Of a stretch of DNA of 64,000 nt, positions 26,855 through 36,364 are shown piece after piece. The DNA is taken from NCBI GenBank assembly GCA_964548655.1, contig CAZJQT010000001.1, positions 30,884 to 94,883 on the forward strand, given 5' to 3'. This stretch comes from an uncultured Candidatus Saccharibacteria bacterium. Its GTDB lineage: Bacteria; Patescibacteriota; Saccharimonadia; Saccharimonadales; CAZJQT01. Each line of letters begins with the position of its first letter. Positions within the stretch are counted from its first letter, which is position 1. Below the pieces are notes generated by a model. The model did no database searches. It was not told where the DNA came from and saw only the letters and a list, made by a program, of their open reading frames with translations. The translations under genes and the position numbers were made by a program.

Positions 26855-27121
26855 ATGATTTCAACTGACAAGAAGCAAAAGATTGTTGCTGACCTGCAGA
26901 GTGGCAAAAATGACACTGGTAGCCCAGCCGTTCAGGTTGGCATACTAACTGAACGCGTCAAAGAATTAACTGCCCACCTGAAAACTAACAAGCATGATTT
27001 CATGGCTCGCCGTGGTCTGTTGCAGGCCGTTGGCAAACGCAAGAAACTACTAAAGTATTTGGCCGAAAAAGACAGCAAAGCATACTTAGAACTAGTCAAA
27101 AGTTTAGGTATTCGCAAGTAG
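26855..27121 (+). CDS. rpsO: 30S ribosomal protein S15
   Basis: Motifs GSPAVQVGILTERVKELTAHLKTNKHD and RRGLL are present. Conserved rpsO-pnp order. Confidence 0.95.
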   Translation: MISTDKKQKIVADLQSGKNDTGSPAVQVGILTERVKELTAHLKTNKHDFMARRGLLQAVGKRKKLLKYLAEKDSKAYLELVKSLGIRK

Positions 27122-27132
27122 GTTTTAGACAT

Positions 27133-27176
27133 TAGGCGCTTACCCAAGTGCCTACAATCTAGAATCTAAATTCTAG
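27133..27176 (+). promoter_or_regulatory. Two hairpins in the rpsO-pnp intergenic region (terminator/processing-site candidates)
   Basis: The first is TAGGCGCTT-ACCC-AAGTGCCTA (27133-27154). The second is CTAGAAT-CTAA-ATTCTAG (27159-27176). Confidence 0.4.
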
Positions 27177-27261
27177 AGCACATCAATTAAGTGGTAGGTG
27201 ATGGAGCACAGGTTTCCAATTATATGGACACTTGGACCTCATTACCTACAGAAAGGAACAA

Positions 27262-29394
27262 ATGAGTACTATAAACCCATTTGGAAAAGACATTATAAAA
27301 GTAGAAACAGAACTTTGCGGCCAGCCGCTAAGCCTGGAGATTAACCGCGTTGGTTTTAGGACAAGCGCTAGCGTAATTGCACGCTACGGCGAAACCGTAG
27401 TACTAGGCACAGCCATGGTCAGTGAAAAATCACTGCAAGGCTTTGACTACTTCCCATTATCAATTGATTATGAAGAGCGTTTTTACGCCGCTGGTAAAAT
27501 CAGCGGTAGTAGATTTGTTAAGCGTGAAGGACGTCCCAGTGACGACGCCATTCTAATTGGTCGTTTGATCGACCGCCCAATCCGGCCGCTGTGGCCAAAG
27601 GGCTATCGTCATGAAGTACAGGGTGTAGCTACAGTCCTAAGTATGGATCCTAACTTCCGTCCTGATATGGTGGCCATGATTGCTATGAGTACAGCCTTTT
27701 GTCTGACTGGTGCGCCATTTGAAGGTCCGATTGCCGGTCTAAGAATCGGCCTAGTTGACGGCAAGCTAAAAGCTTTCGCCAGCGCTGAAGAACTGGATAG
27801 TGGCGACCTAGATCTAGTTGTAGCTGGCACCAAAGACGCCATCATGATGGTAGAAGCTGGCGCCAACGAAGTCTCGGAAGACTTAATAGCCGAGGCCCTG
27901 GAATTTGCTCACAAACAGATGCAACCAGCCATTAAATTGCAGGAAGAATTACTGTCTAAAGTCAAAATTAAACCTATGGAATATGTAATTGATGCATCTG
28001 ACAGCGATATCCAAAGCCGAGTTGACACCTGGGTAGCTGGCAAACTAGGCATTGGTCTGCGCCAACCTTACCCAGAACGTAATGAACTAGTGCTCGAAAT
28101 GCGCAAACAAATGCATACCCACTTTGCCGAAGAAATTGGCGAAGAAGCCTACGCTGAGCAAAGACAAGCTTATGATGATGCTCTCACATACGCTCTACAT
28201 AAAGATGTCCGCGAAGGCATAATTAGGGATGGTGTGCGCCCTGATGGCCGCAAACTGGATGAAATCCGAACTCTTAGTTCTGAGGTCGGCATTTTACCTA
28301 GAGCCCATGGTTCATCTCTGTTTACTCGCGGCATGACCCAGGCTATGAATATAGTCACTGTGGCACCGACTTCGTATGCGCAATTGTTAGACACTATGGA
28401 GCGCAACGACGCCCAAAAGCGTTACATGCACCACTACAATGCACCTGGCTATACGGTTGGTGAAGTTCGCCGATTGGGCTCACCAGGACGGCGCGAAATT
28501 GGCCACAGTGCCTTGGCCGAAAGAGCGTTACTGCCGGTTATACCAGCTGAAGACGTCTTTCCATACGCTATCCGTTCAGTCACGGAAATCATGAGCCAAA
28601 ATGGTAGCACCAGCATGGCCGCGACTTGTTCGAGCTGTTTGGCGCTAATGGACGCCGGTGTACCTATTAGCGCCCCAGTTAGTGGTATTGCTATGGGGCT
28701 GATGTTGGACGGCGACAAAGCCTATATCTTGAGTGATATTGCTGATGCTGAAGACTTTGCCGGTGATATGGACTTCAAGGTGGCGGGCACTGCCAAAGGC
28801 ATTACGGCTCTACAAATGGACATGAAAGTTCATGGTCTGGACGCAAGTTTGCTCAAAAAAGCCCTAGTTCAAGGTAAAGAGGGCCGGGCTGAAATCCTCA
28901 AGCATATGATTAGTGTGCTTGAAGCTCCTAGAAAAGAAATGAGTCCTTACGCACCCCGCGTTGAGTCAATCAAGATTAATCCCGATAAAATTCGCGAAGT
29001 CATTGGTAAGGGCGGCGAAACCATCAATAAAATCATTGCTGAAACTGGTGCTGAAATTGACATTAAAGATGACGGTACAGTCATGATTGCCAGTCCAGAT
29101 AAAACTAGCATCGACGCTGCCACACAGTACATTCGTAACCTGACTGAGGACCCAGAAGTCGGTCATATCTACGAAAACGTGCCAGTTGTTACCGTTATGG
29201 ATTTTGGCGCATTTGTACAAATCCTGCCTGGTAAAGACGGCTTGGTTCACGTTTCTGAGATGAGCGAAGAACGGGTTGAAAAGCCTAGCGACGTAGTCAA
29301 AGAAGGCGACCGCGTAACAGTAAAACTAGTGGCAATCGATGACCGTGGCCGCTTACAATTAAGCATGAAAGCAGCGGCAAGAGACAAGAAATAA
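27262..29394 (+). CDS. pnp: Polyribonucleotide nucleotidyltransferase (PNPase)
   Basis: Two RNase PH domains are followed by KH (GKGGETINKI) and S1 (GAFVQILPGKDGLVHVSE) domains. I chose the ATG at 27262 with a GAAAGGA SD over the TTG at 27232. Confidence 0.95.
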   Translation: MSTINPFGKDIIKVETELCGQPLSLEINRVGFRTSASVIARYGETVVLGTAMVSEKSLQGFDYFPLSIDYEERFYAAGKISGSRFVKREGRPSDDAILIGRLIDRPIRPLWPKGYRHEVQGVATVLSMDPNFRPDMVAMIAMSTAFCLTGAPFEGPIAGLRIGLVDGKLKAFASAEELDSGDLDLVVAGTKDAIMMVEAGANEVSEDLIAEALEFAHKQMQPAIKLQEELLSKVKIKPMEYVIDASDSDIQSRVDTWVAGKLGIGLRQPYPERNELVLEMRKQMHTHFAEEIGEEAYAEQRQAYDDALTYALHKDVREGIIRDGVRPDGRKLDEIRTLSSEVGILPRAHGSSLFTRGMTQAMNIVTVAPTSYAQLLDTMERNDAQKRYMHHYNAPGYTVGEVRRLGSPGRREIGHSALAERALLPVIPAEDVFPYAIRSVTEIMSQNGSTSMAATCSSCLALMDAGVPISAPVSGIAMGLMLDGDKAYILSDIADAEDFAGDMDFKVAGTAKGITALQMDMKVHGLDASLLKKALVQGKEGRAEILKHMISVLEAPRKEMSPYAPRVESIKINPDKIREVIGKGGETINKIIAETGAEIDIKDDGTVMIASPDKTSIDAATQYIRNLTEDPEVGHIYENVPVVTVMDFGAFVQILPGKDGLVHVSEMSEERVEKPSDVVKEGDRVTVKLVAIDDRGRLQLSMKAAARDKK

Positions 29395-29395
29395 G

Positions 29396-29596
29396 ATGAA
29401 AACGCTAAAAGCCCCCGAACAATTTAAGTCACCAGTCGCCACTGCCGTCATGGCAGTTGTCGGGGTATTTTTGGCATATTTGTTAATCACTAGGGCGCTG
29501 GACACAGGCAGTTGGTGGCAATATTTGGGCGCGATACTGCTAATCGGACTCAGCATTCGCTTAAGTGCGCACACTGTTACACATAGATCAAAATAA
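29396..29596 (+). CDS. Small two-TM membrane protein
   Basis: 66 aa with two hydrophobic segments. It starts 1 nt after the pnp stop. Confidence 0.45.
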   Translation: MKTLKAPEQFKSPVATAVMAVVGVFLAYLLITRALDTGSWWQYLGAILLIGLSIRLSAHTVTHRSK

Positions 29597-29597
29597 A

Positions 29598-30158
29598 ATG
29601 ACTACTCAAAAACAACTAGATGACATCAAAGCCAAGATAATTGAGGACAAAGTTTGTCCAGACTTGGCCAAACAAGCAACTCAGCTAGTGTTTGGTGTTG
29701 GTAATCCAGACGCTGACATTGTTTTTATCGGTGAAGCACCGGGTAAAAACGAAGATATAAAAGGTGAGCCATTCGTGGGTGCGGCCGGCAAATTCCTAGA
29801 CAAGATGCTGGAAATGATCAAACTCAAACGCTCAGATATCTACATAACTAACATCGTTAAATACCGGCCACCCAATAACCGCGACCCATTACCAGATGAA
29901 AAAGCCGCTTTTTTGCCATATTTAGAGACTCAGCTAGAAGTAATCAAACCTAAACTGACCATAACACTTGGTCGTCACAGTCTTAATTGCTTCTTGCCGG
30001 ATCTTTCAATCAGCCAAGTCCATGGCCAACCGAAACGCTATAAAGGCAGAGTTTTTCTGCCACTGTTTCATCCGGCGGCGGCATTGTATAACGGTGCTAT
30101 GAAGCAAACTCTCATAGACGACTTTGCTCGCATCCCATTAATTTTAGAAAAAATTTAA
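29598..30158 (+). CDS. Uracil-DNA glycosylase, family 4
   Basis: [24 protein letters not shown] and a C-terminal HPAA motif are present. I chose the ATG at 29598. Confidence 0.85.
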   Translation: MTTQKQLDDIKAKIIEDKVCPDLAKQATQLVFGVGNPDADIVFIGEAPGKNEDIKGEPFVGAAGKFLDKMLEMIKLKRSDIYITNIVKYRPPNNRDPLPDEKAAFLPYLETQLEVIKPKLTITLGRHSLNCFLPDLSISQVHGQPKRYKGRVFLPLFHPAAALYNGAMKQTLIDDFARIPLILEKI

Positions 30159-30183
30159 TTCGTTAATCCTTGAAAGGAAATAA

Positions 30184-32205
30184 ATGAACCCAAAACAATC
30201 AAAACCAGGACAAAACCGTCCTAATAACCAACAACCGCGCGGTAGCGGTATCTCAAGAGGCACGGCTATCCGTGCCCATAAACGTACCCAAGATGATGCT
30301 CAGCGCATCATCAATCAGTACGCCTTTGCCGACCAATCTCAGCCGGCTGGTGCCCAGACCCCGATGTCTGACAACAAGCTAAAAATCACTTTCTTGGGCG
30401 GCCAAGAAGCCATTGGTGAAAAAAACATGCAGGTAATAGAGTGGCAAAACGATGCTATCATCCTAGACTGCGGTAACGACCTAGGTGTTGATCTGCCAGG
30501 TGTTAACTACACCATCGCTGATACAACCTACCTGGACTCGATCAAGCATAAACTACGCGGTTATGTCATCAGTCACGGCCACCTAGATCACCTAGGCGGA
30601 CTAAGGCACATAGTGCCAAAATATCCAGCACCAATCTATGGCTCACGCTTTACAATTGGCGTCGTTGAGAAAACTTTTGACGATGCAGCCAGCGAGTCCG
30701 GGCTAGAGTTTAAGCCCAAGACTGTCATCATGAACATGGACGCTCACGAACGCCTCAAACTAGGCATTTTTACAGTTGAACTTGTTCGCATAACTCACTC
30801 TGTACCTGAATCTTCTTGTATCGTTGTCGATACACCAGTTGGACGTTTAATAAACACTGGTGATTTTAGGTTGGATCCAGAACCGCTTGACCAAATGCCC
30901 AGCGACAAAGCTCGCTTGAAACAACTTGGTGAAGAAGGCGTCTTGGCGCTATTGAGCGAGAGTACTTACACTAACGTTGAGGGTCGTCAATCGACCGAAC
31001 ACACTCTGCAAGACAGCTTCCATGACCTGATTGGTAAGGCTGAAGGCAGAGTATTTGTGGCCATTTTCTCGTCCAACATGAACCGCGTTCAGATGATCGT
31101 TAACTCTGCTGTTCAAGCCGGACGGCGAGTAGCCTTAGATGGCCGTAGCATGATGAGTTACGCCGAAATTGCCGTTAGGCAAGGTGTGCTCAAGATTCCC
31201 AAAGGCACCGTGCTACCGATGCGTGAAATGCCTAATATCCCACCAAATCAGGTACTGGTTATCTGTACCGGTGGTCAGGGCGAACCTGGCTCAGCCCTAC
31301 AGCGCATGGCCGAAGGCGAACATAAACACATCAAATTAACAGCTGGTGATACGGTTGTCGTTAGTTCGACACCAATTCCTGGTAACGAAATCCGCTACCA
31401 AGTAATCGGCAACGATCTCGCCAAGATTGGTGTGCATTTGTATAGACATCCAACCCACGAAATCGATGGTTCTGGCCCACTTCACGTTGGTGGCCACGCT
31501 CGCCGCGATGAACACCGTGAAATGATGCAATTAGTTAAGCCGAAATTCTTCATTCCTATCTATGCTGGTGCCTTGAACCGTAAATACCATGCCGAGATGG
31601 CCGTTGAAGAAGGTTGGAAGCGTGAAAACGTCATCATGGCGGACAACGGTGAAAGCCTACTATTTACAGAAAATACCTGGGAAAAGGGCGCTGAAGTGCC
31701 TCATGGTAACGTTTTGGTTGACCAAAGTGGCGCAACCGTCAGCAACGTAGTCATCAAAGATCGCATTATGCTAGCCGAAGAGGGCCTAATTGCGGTTGTA
31801 CTAACTGTAGATAAAAAATCTGGCAGACTGCTAACCAGCCCAGATATCATCAGCCGTGGCTTCATATATATGAAGGACAATGAAGAACTGATGAACAACT
31901 TCCGTCAGGAATTACGCCGGGCCGTCGAGCAACGCTACAGCCGGATTGACCTGGATCGTTTTAAAGCCGAACTCAAGGACCATATTACTCACTTCTTGTT
32001 TGAGCAAACTGCCGGTAGTCCCATCGTCATTCCAGTAGTAAATGTCGTTGGCGGTGGTGGCAAGGTAGAAACCAAGGTAAATGGCAATGGTAACAATGGT
32101 AATGGAACCAAACCACATTCTGAGCAAGAAGATCTGGCAGCCGCTCAACAGAAGCGGTTTCAAGAGATGCGCGCCAAGCTCCTGGGCATGGACCAGCCGG
32201 ATTAG
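30184..32205 (+). CDS. rnj: Ribonuclease J with low-complexity N- and C-terminal extensions
   Basis: The metallo-beta-lactamase motif is ISHGHLDHLGG. Beta-CASP and a C-terminal domain follow. About 65 aa of Gln/Pro-rich N-terminus precede the core, and the tail is Gly/Asn-rich. Confidence 0.9.
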   Translation: MNPKQSKPGQNRPNNQQPRGSGISRGTAIRAHKRTQDDAQRIINQYAFADQSQPAGAQTPMSDNKLKITFLGGQEAIGEKNMQVIEWQNDAIILDCGNDLGVDLPGVNYTIADTTYLDSIKHKLRGYVISHGHLDHLGGLRHIVPKYPAPIYGSRFTIGVVEKTFDDAASESGLEFKPKTVIMNMDAHERLKLGIFTVELVRITHSVPESSCIVVDTPVGRLINTGDFRLDPEPLDQMPSDKARLKQLGEEGVLALLSESTYTNVEGRQSTEHTLQDSFHDLIGKAEGRVFVAIFSSNMNRVQMIVNSAVQAGRRVALDGRSMMSYAEIAVRQGVLKIPKGTVLPMREMPNIPPNQVLVICTGGQGEPGSALQRMAEGEHKHIKLTAGDTVVVSSTPIPGNEIRYQVIGNDLAKIGVHLYRHPTHEIDGSGPLHVGGHARRDEHREMMQLVKPKFFIPIYAGALNRKYHAEMAVEEGWKRENVIMADNGESLLFTENTWEKGAEVPHGNVLVDQSGATVSNVVIKDRIMLAEEGLIAVVLTVDKKSGRLLTSPDIISRGFIYMKDNEELMNNFRQELRRAVEQRYSRIDLDRFKAELKDHITHFLFEQTAGSPIVIPVVNVVGGGGKVETKVNGNGNNGNGTKPHSEQEDLAAAQQKRFQEMRAKLLGMDQPD

Positions 32206-32229
32206 CGGCTACGACTTCGTCTTCGCCTT

Positions 32230-32301
32230 ATGAGAGGAGGTGACTCCTCCTCTCATCGCGCCGGGCTTGGAATAAATCCAAGTCTCGGGCTACTCTCCTC
32301 C
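32230..32301 (+). repeat. Gene-terminal double hairpin with conserved flanking boxes (rnj 3' side)
   Basis: An 11-bp perfect hairpin ATGAGAGGAGG-TGACT-CCTCCTCTCAT comes first. It is followed by CTCTCATCGCGCCGG, a stem CTTGGA/TCCAAG, then TCGGGCTACTCTCCTCC. Confidence 0.7.
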
Positions 32302-32313
32302 CAAACTATTGGA

Positions 32314-32341
32314 TTGACAATTTAATATTCAAGAATATAAT
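32314..32341 (+). promoter_or_regulatory. Near-consensus sigma-70 promoter (TTGACA-16-TATAAT)
   Basis: TTGACA lies at 32314-32319 and TATAAT at 32336-32341. It is upstream of the 59-aa ORF. Confidence 0.6.
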
Positions 32342-32390
32342 TTCTCGCTGTCCTGAAACGAACTTAAGAGACGGGGCTAGAAGGAATATT

Positions 32391-32570
32391 GTGAAACTAG
32401 GTAACCAATTACCCATATATGAGCCGTTTGATGAAAAGGTCATGGAAGAAGCTATACGTCAAAATCGATTAGATATTTTTGCAAAACTTGGGCAAACAGC
32501 TAGCGACCCAGAGTTAATAGATCTGAGCGAGGCCACAACAGAGACTGTTACCGAAACACAAACAACCTAA
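32391..32570 (+). CDS. Small acidic hypothetical protein (59 aa, below the ORF-track cutoff)
   Basis: GTG start with an AAGGAA SD 4 nt upstream. A consensus TTGACA-16-TATAAT promoter lies at 32314-32341. Confidence 0.4.
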   Translation: MKLGNQLPIYEPFDEKVMEEAIRQNRLDIFAKLGQTASDPELIDLSEATTETVTETQTT

Positions 32571-32611
32571 ACTGTATTGACAAATGTTGTAAAATTTGCT
32601 GTAATATAGCA

Positions 32612-32887
32612 ATGACAGATGTCAATGAAGCAGATTACCCTGAAGTATTTCAAGATCCTCAGTTGCGCCGTGAAGCGGGTGAAGGCTGGTACACTAGTGG
32701 CCTTAACAGGATATTATTGGGTGCCCTTGTAGCGCGCAAAGTACTTGCTCATGAAATTTCTCAAGGTGGACATAATAAAGACGACTCATTGTTGGATGAG
32801 TATTTATCGCAAGTAATGCATGTCGAGACCCTAAAAATACAATTTGGAATTGTTGATCCACCACCCCTTCCTCCAGAGAGTGAATAG
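32612..32887 (+). CDS. Hypothetical small protein
   Basis: 91-aa ORF with its own TTGACA -35 at 32577 and TAATAT at 32602. No motif recognised. Confidence 0.4.
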   Translation: MTDVNEADYPEVFQDPQLRREAGEGWYTSGLNRILLGALVARKVLAHEISQGGHNKDDSLLDEYLSQVMHVETLKIQFGIVDPPPLPPESE

Positions 32888-32908
32888 TTATATAATTGAA
32901 TCCTAGTT

Positions 32909-35086
32909 ATGGCTAAAAGAAAAAAACAAACAAAAAAACGTAACACCCAAAGAGAAGAAGAGCGTTCTAGCTTTTGGCCATTGGCCGGCGCCATCATTAT
33001 GTGGTTGCTGGCTGTTTTTGTATTACTGGGTGGCTTTGGCGGCGGTGGGCCGCTGCCCAAAAACTTATTCCACGGTGCTTATTGGGCACTTGGTTGGGGG
33101 GCTTATTTAACGCCGGTCGCCTTGATATATTTTGGCGTTGAGAAGTTTAGGAGTGATGACCACCAGATACCATTCGCCAAATTTGTCAGCATGCTGGCCT
33201 TTATTGTTATGTCATCTAGTTGGTTGCACGTTGCTTACGCAAGCAAAATAGCCACTAATGAATTCACTGGTGGCCACGGCGGTGAAGTCGGTAAACTATT
33301 TGGTAATCTTGCTCTTGGTGCACTGGATAAAATACCAGCCGCCATTATGTTTTTTGTCTTTGCATTACTGTTGTTTTTCCTGACATTTGCCATTTCGCCA
33401 AAGGTTTTGATCAAATTATTCGAACTATTTAGGCGTGAAGAGCCGGACACTGACCTGGCGGCGCTCAAATCCAGCAGCCACGGCCTTAAGCTTAATGAAG
33501 GTGTGCCGGTGGAACATTACTCAGGTGACGCAAGCCGTCTTTCTAGCTTCAAAAACACTGCTCAGAAACTTAGTGGAGCCGAAAATCACGAAGCCCTAAC
33601 GACTACCAGCGACCCAGACTGGAAATTCCCGGGTCTGGATCTACTAAATGAAAAACAAGACAAGGCCGACGCCGGCAATATTGAGGGCAATGCCGAAATT
33701 ATTAAAGAAACTTTGGCCAACTTCAACATCGGCGTTGATATGGAAGGCGCCAACATTGGACCACGTGTCACCCAGTTCACCCTAAAACCACCTACAGGGG
33801 TAAAACTAGCTAAAATTACCCAGCTGGAGAACAACCTAGCGCTTGATTTGGCCGCTACATCAATCCGTATTGAAGCCCCGATTCCAGGCAAGAGAGCCGT
33901 TGGTATCGAGGTACCAAATATCAAACCAGCCACAGTTAGAATCAGTTCTATTTTGCAATCACCAGAGTGGGGTGATCTAAAAAGCCCGCTAGCTATAGTC
34001 ATAGGTAAGGACATTTCCGGTGCGCCAATCCTGGGTGACCTAGAAAAAATGCCGCACTTACTAGTTGCTGGACAAACAGGTTCCGGTAAAAGCGTCATGA
34101 TAAACGACATTCTCACCAGCTTGCTGTACCGCAACAGTCCAGCTGACCTAAAGCTCATACTTGTTGACCCCAAGCGGGTAGAGCTCAAGCCTTACGACGA
34201 AATTCCGCATCTCCTGACACCAGTTATTACCGAGCCAGAGAAGTGCATCAGCGCCCTTAAATGGACAGTGGCCGAGATGGAAAGGCGCTACCGGGCTCTA
34301 GCCGAGGTCAAAAAACGCAATATTAATGAATACAATACCCTCAAAAAAGAAGAAGGCATGCCCTACATCGTCATTGTTATAGACGAGTTGTCAGATCTGA
34401 TGATGATGGCCGCCCGCGACGTCGAAGCCTTGATTGTGCGCATTGCTCAAAAGGCTCGTGCCGTTGGCATCCACTTGGTTCTGGCTACTCAGCGCCCTAG
34501 CGTAGACGTTATCACCGGTTTGATTAAAGCCAACATTCCGGCCCGTATAGCTTTTACCACCGCCAGCCAGGTGGATTCACGGACCATCATTGATGGTATG
34601 GGCGCCGAAAAACTGCTTGGCATGGGCGATATGCTCATGACCACCGCCGAACTCCCCAAACCCAAGCGTATTCAGGCAGCCCTGATTGAAGAAGCCGAAA
34701 CTAATCGGGTCACTGATTTTATCCGCATGCAGCGGCCGCCTCAGTATGACGACGAAGTTGTCAGCCAACCCGTGCAATTAAATGGCCGTGGCGGTGTAGT
34801 GGCTGATTACGGTGGCCAAGATGTTGATGACGACATGTACCGCGACGCCGTTAGAGCTGTGATTGATGGTCGTAAAGCCAGCACCAGTCTACTACAACGT
34901 AGGCTTAGAATTGGCTACGGCAGAGCAGCTCGGTTGATTGAAACCATGGAAGAACAGGGAATTATTAGCCATGCTGACGGCAACCGTCCACGTGAGGTTC
35001 TAGTGCACTCTATAGACGAAGTCTTTGGCGGTGGCGCAGCTGACGAAGCGTCGTTTGACGATATCCCTGATGAACCAGAAGAATGA
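32909..35086 (+). CDS. ftsK: DNA translocase FtsK
   Basis: N-terminal TMs are present. Walker A is AGQTGSGKSV. Other elements are VIVIDELSDLMM, RISFTT-like ARIAFTT and the gamma wHTH LLQRRLRIGYGRAARLIE. Confidence 0.95.
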   Translation: MAKRKKQTKKRNTQREEERSSFWPLAGAIIMWLLAVFVLLGGFGGGGPLPKNLFHGAYWALGWGAYLTPVALIYFGVEKFRSDDHQIPFAKFVSMLAFIVMSSSWLHVAYASKIATNEFTGGHGGEVGKLFGNLALGALDKIPAAIMFFVFALLLFFLTFAISPKVLIKLFELFRREEPDTDLAALKSSSHGLKLNEGVPVEHYSGDASRLSSFKNTAQKLSGAENHEALTTTSDPDWKFPGLDLLNEKQDKADAGNIEGNAEIIKETLANFNIGVDMEGANIGPRVTQFTLKPPTGVKLAKITQLENNLALDLAATSIRIEAPIPGKRAVGIEVPNIKPATVRISSILQSPEWGDLKSPLAIVIGKDISGAPILGDLEKMPHLLVAGQTGSGKSVMINDILTSLLYRNSPADLKLILVDPKRVELKPYDEIPHLLTPVITEPEKCISALKWTVAEMERRYRALAEVKKRNINEYNTLKKEEGMPYIVIVIDELSDLMMMAARDVEALIVRIAQKARAVGIHLVLATQRPSVDVITGLIKANIPARIAFTTASQVDSRTIIDGMGAEKLLGMGDMLMTTAELPKPKRIQAALIEEAETNRVTDFIRMQRPPQYDDEVVSQPVQLNGRGGVVADYGGQDVDDDMYRDAVRAVIDGRKASTSLLQRRLRIGYGRAARLIETMEEQGIISHADGNRPREVLVHSIDEVFGGGAADEASFDDIPDEPEE

Positions 35087-35089
35087 ACC

Positions 35090-35118
35090 TTGACCAACAG
35101 GGGTAAATAAGGTAGAAT
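35090..35118 (+). promoter_or_regulatory. Putative promoter of the rpsF-ssb-rpsR operon (TTGACC-17-TAGAAT)
   Basis: The hexamers lie at 35090-35095 and 35113-35118. Confidence 0.55.
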
Positions 35119-35194
35119 CCTGGGAGCTTAACTCAAGCTTCAGGTTGCGGCCAACTTTAGAGCGCGTAGCCTTAAACCAACGGAAGGAGTTCAA

Positions 35195-35569
35195 TTGAAC
35201 CAATACGAAATTGCAGTATTGTATCACCCGGATTTGGAAGTAGATTTGTCCAAAGCCGAGGAAAAAGTGACCAAAATCATCACCGATAACGGTGGCAAAG
35301 TGGTCAAAACTGACAATTGGGGCAAGCGCAAACTAGCCTACCCAATCAAGAAACAGGAACATGCTATCTACGTGTTTTACATCGTAGAAATGCCTGGCCC
35401 AGGCCTAATTAAGGTTGAGGGTGCCTTGAATATCACGGACGAAGTTATTCGTTATTTGATAGTCAAACAGGACCTAAAACTAATGGCTAAAATTGAAGCC
35501 GCCAAGGCTGATAAAGCCAAAAAGGCCGCAGAACGTAACGATAGAACTGAAGACTCTGAGGAAGAGTAA
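35195..35569 (+). CDS. rpsF: 30S ribosomal protein S6
   Basis: YEIAVLYHPD...WGKRKLAYPI is present. It is in the conserved rpsF-ssb-rpsR order. TTG start with a GGAAGGAG SD. Confidence 0.9.
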   Translation: MNQYEIAVLYHPDLEVDLSKAEEKVTKIITDNGGKVVKTDNWGKRKLAYPIKKQEHAIYVFYIVEMPGPGLIKVEGALNITDEVIRYLIVKQDLKLMAKIEAAKADKAKKAAERNDRTEDSEEE

Positions 35570-35658
35570 AACGCACATGCTTGACAGCAAATTGCGAATG
35601 GAGCTAGTGTATATGTACAAATTAATTGGGACATATGTCCTACAAGGAGGGATGCCTT

Positions 35659-36141
35659 ATGGCACGTAGTTTTAACCAAGTAATATTAATGGGTAACCTT
35701 ACCCGTGATCCGGAACTCAGACAAATTCCATCCGGACAATCAGTTTGTAGCTTTAGTTTAGCTCTAAACCGCAGCTACAAGAGTAAAGAAGGAGAGTGGC
35801 AAGAAGCCACCGACTATATTGATGTGGTCGCTTGGGGACCCTTAGGCGAGCGCGTAGCCCAATATCTGACCAAAGGCCGCCCTGCGCTTGTAAATGGCCG
35901 CTTGCAGTCCCGTAGTTGGGAGCAGGATGGTAACAAGCGTAGCAAAGTAGAAGTTGTCGCCCAAGACGTAACTTTCCTCGGTGGTGGAGGCGGTGGAAGT
36001 GGTGGTTCTAGTCGAGCTCCAGAAGAAAACGGCAGCTCAACCGAGGAAGCACCCAAGCCCAGCAAAAAAGCCAAGGCCGATGATATTGTCATAGAAGACA
36101 TCGGCGATGAACCAATTAACCTAGACGACATACCATTTTAA
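35659..36141 (+). CDS. ssb: Single-stranded DNA-binding protein
   Basis: FNQVILMGNLTRDPELR is present, with a Gly-rich linker and a C-terminal DDIPF tip. The ATG at 35659 is preceded by AAGGAGG. Confidence 0.95.
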   Translation: MARSFNQVILMGNLTRDPELRQIPSGQSVCSFSLALNRSYKSKEGEWQEATDYIDVVAWGPLGERVAQYLTKGRPALVNGRLQSRSWEQDGNKRSKVEVVAQDVTFLGGGGGGSGGSSRAPEENGSSTEEAPKPSKKAKADDIVIEDIGDEPINLDDIPF

Positions 36142-36151
36142 GGAGTAATTA

Positions 36152-36355
36152 ATGGCAAAGATTTTTAAGAACAGAACTGACGTAGCCTATTTTGACTACA
36201 AGGATTTCAAGACCTTGCAGCGGTTTGTTAATAGCTACGGCCAGATTGAAAGCCGTAAAAAAACCGGCCTGCGTGAACACGAACAGCGTCAATTGGCAGC
36301 CGCAATCAAGCGCGCCCGTCACCTAGCCCTATTACCATTTGTAGCTACTAGTTAA
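36152..36355 (+). CDS. rpsR: 30S ribosomal protein S18
   Basis: Motifs DYKDFKTLQRFV and LAAAIKRARHLALLPF are present. Confidence 0.9.
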   Translation: MAKIFKNRTDVAYFDYKDFKTLQRFVNSYGQIESRKKTGLREHEQRQLAAAIKRARHLALLPFVATS

Positions 36356-36364
36356 GGACGAATA

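Noticed and set aside
33586-34188. A long antisense ORF (200 aa) inside ftsK. Similar cases are 52809-53231 opposite the pilin, 36551-36991, 10727-11107, 21538-21936 and many 60-130-aa ORFs opposite known genes.
   Set aside because: These are shadow ORFs on the strand opposite clearly identified, motif-bearing genes. They are Ser/Arg/Pro-rich translations with no start context.
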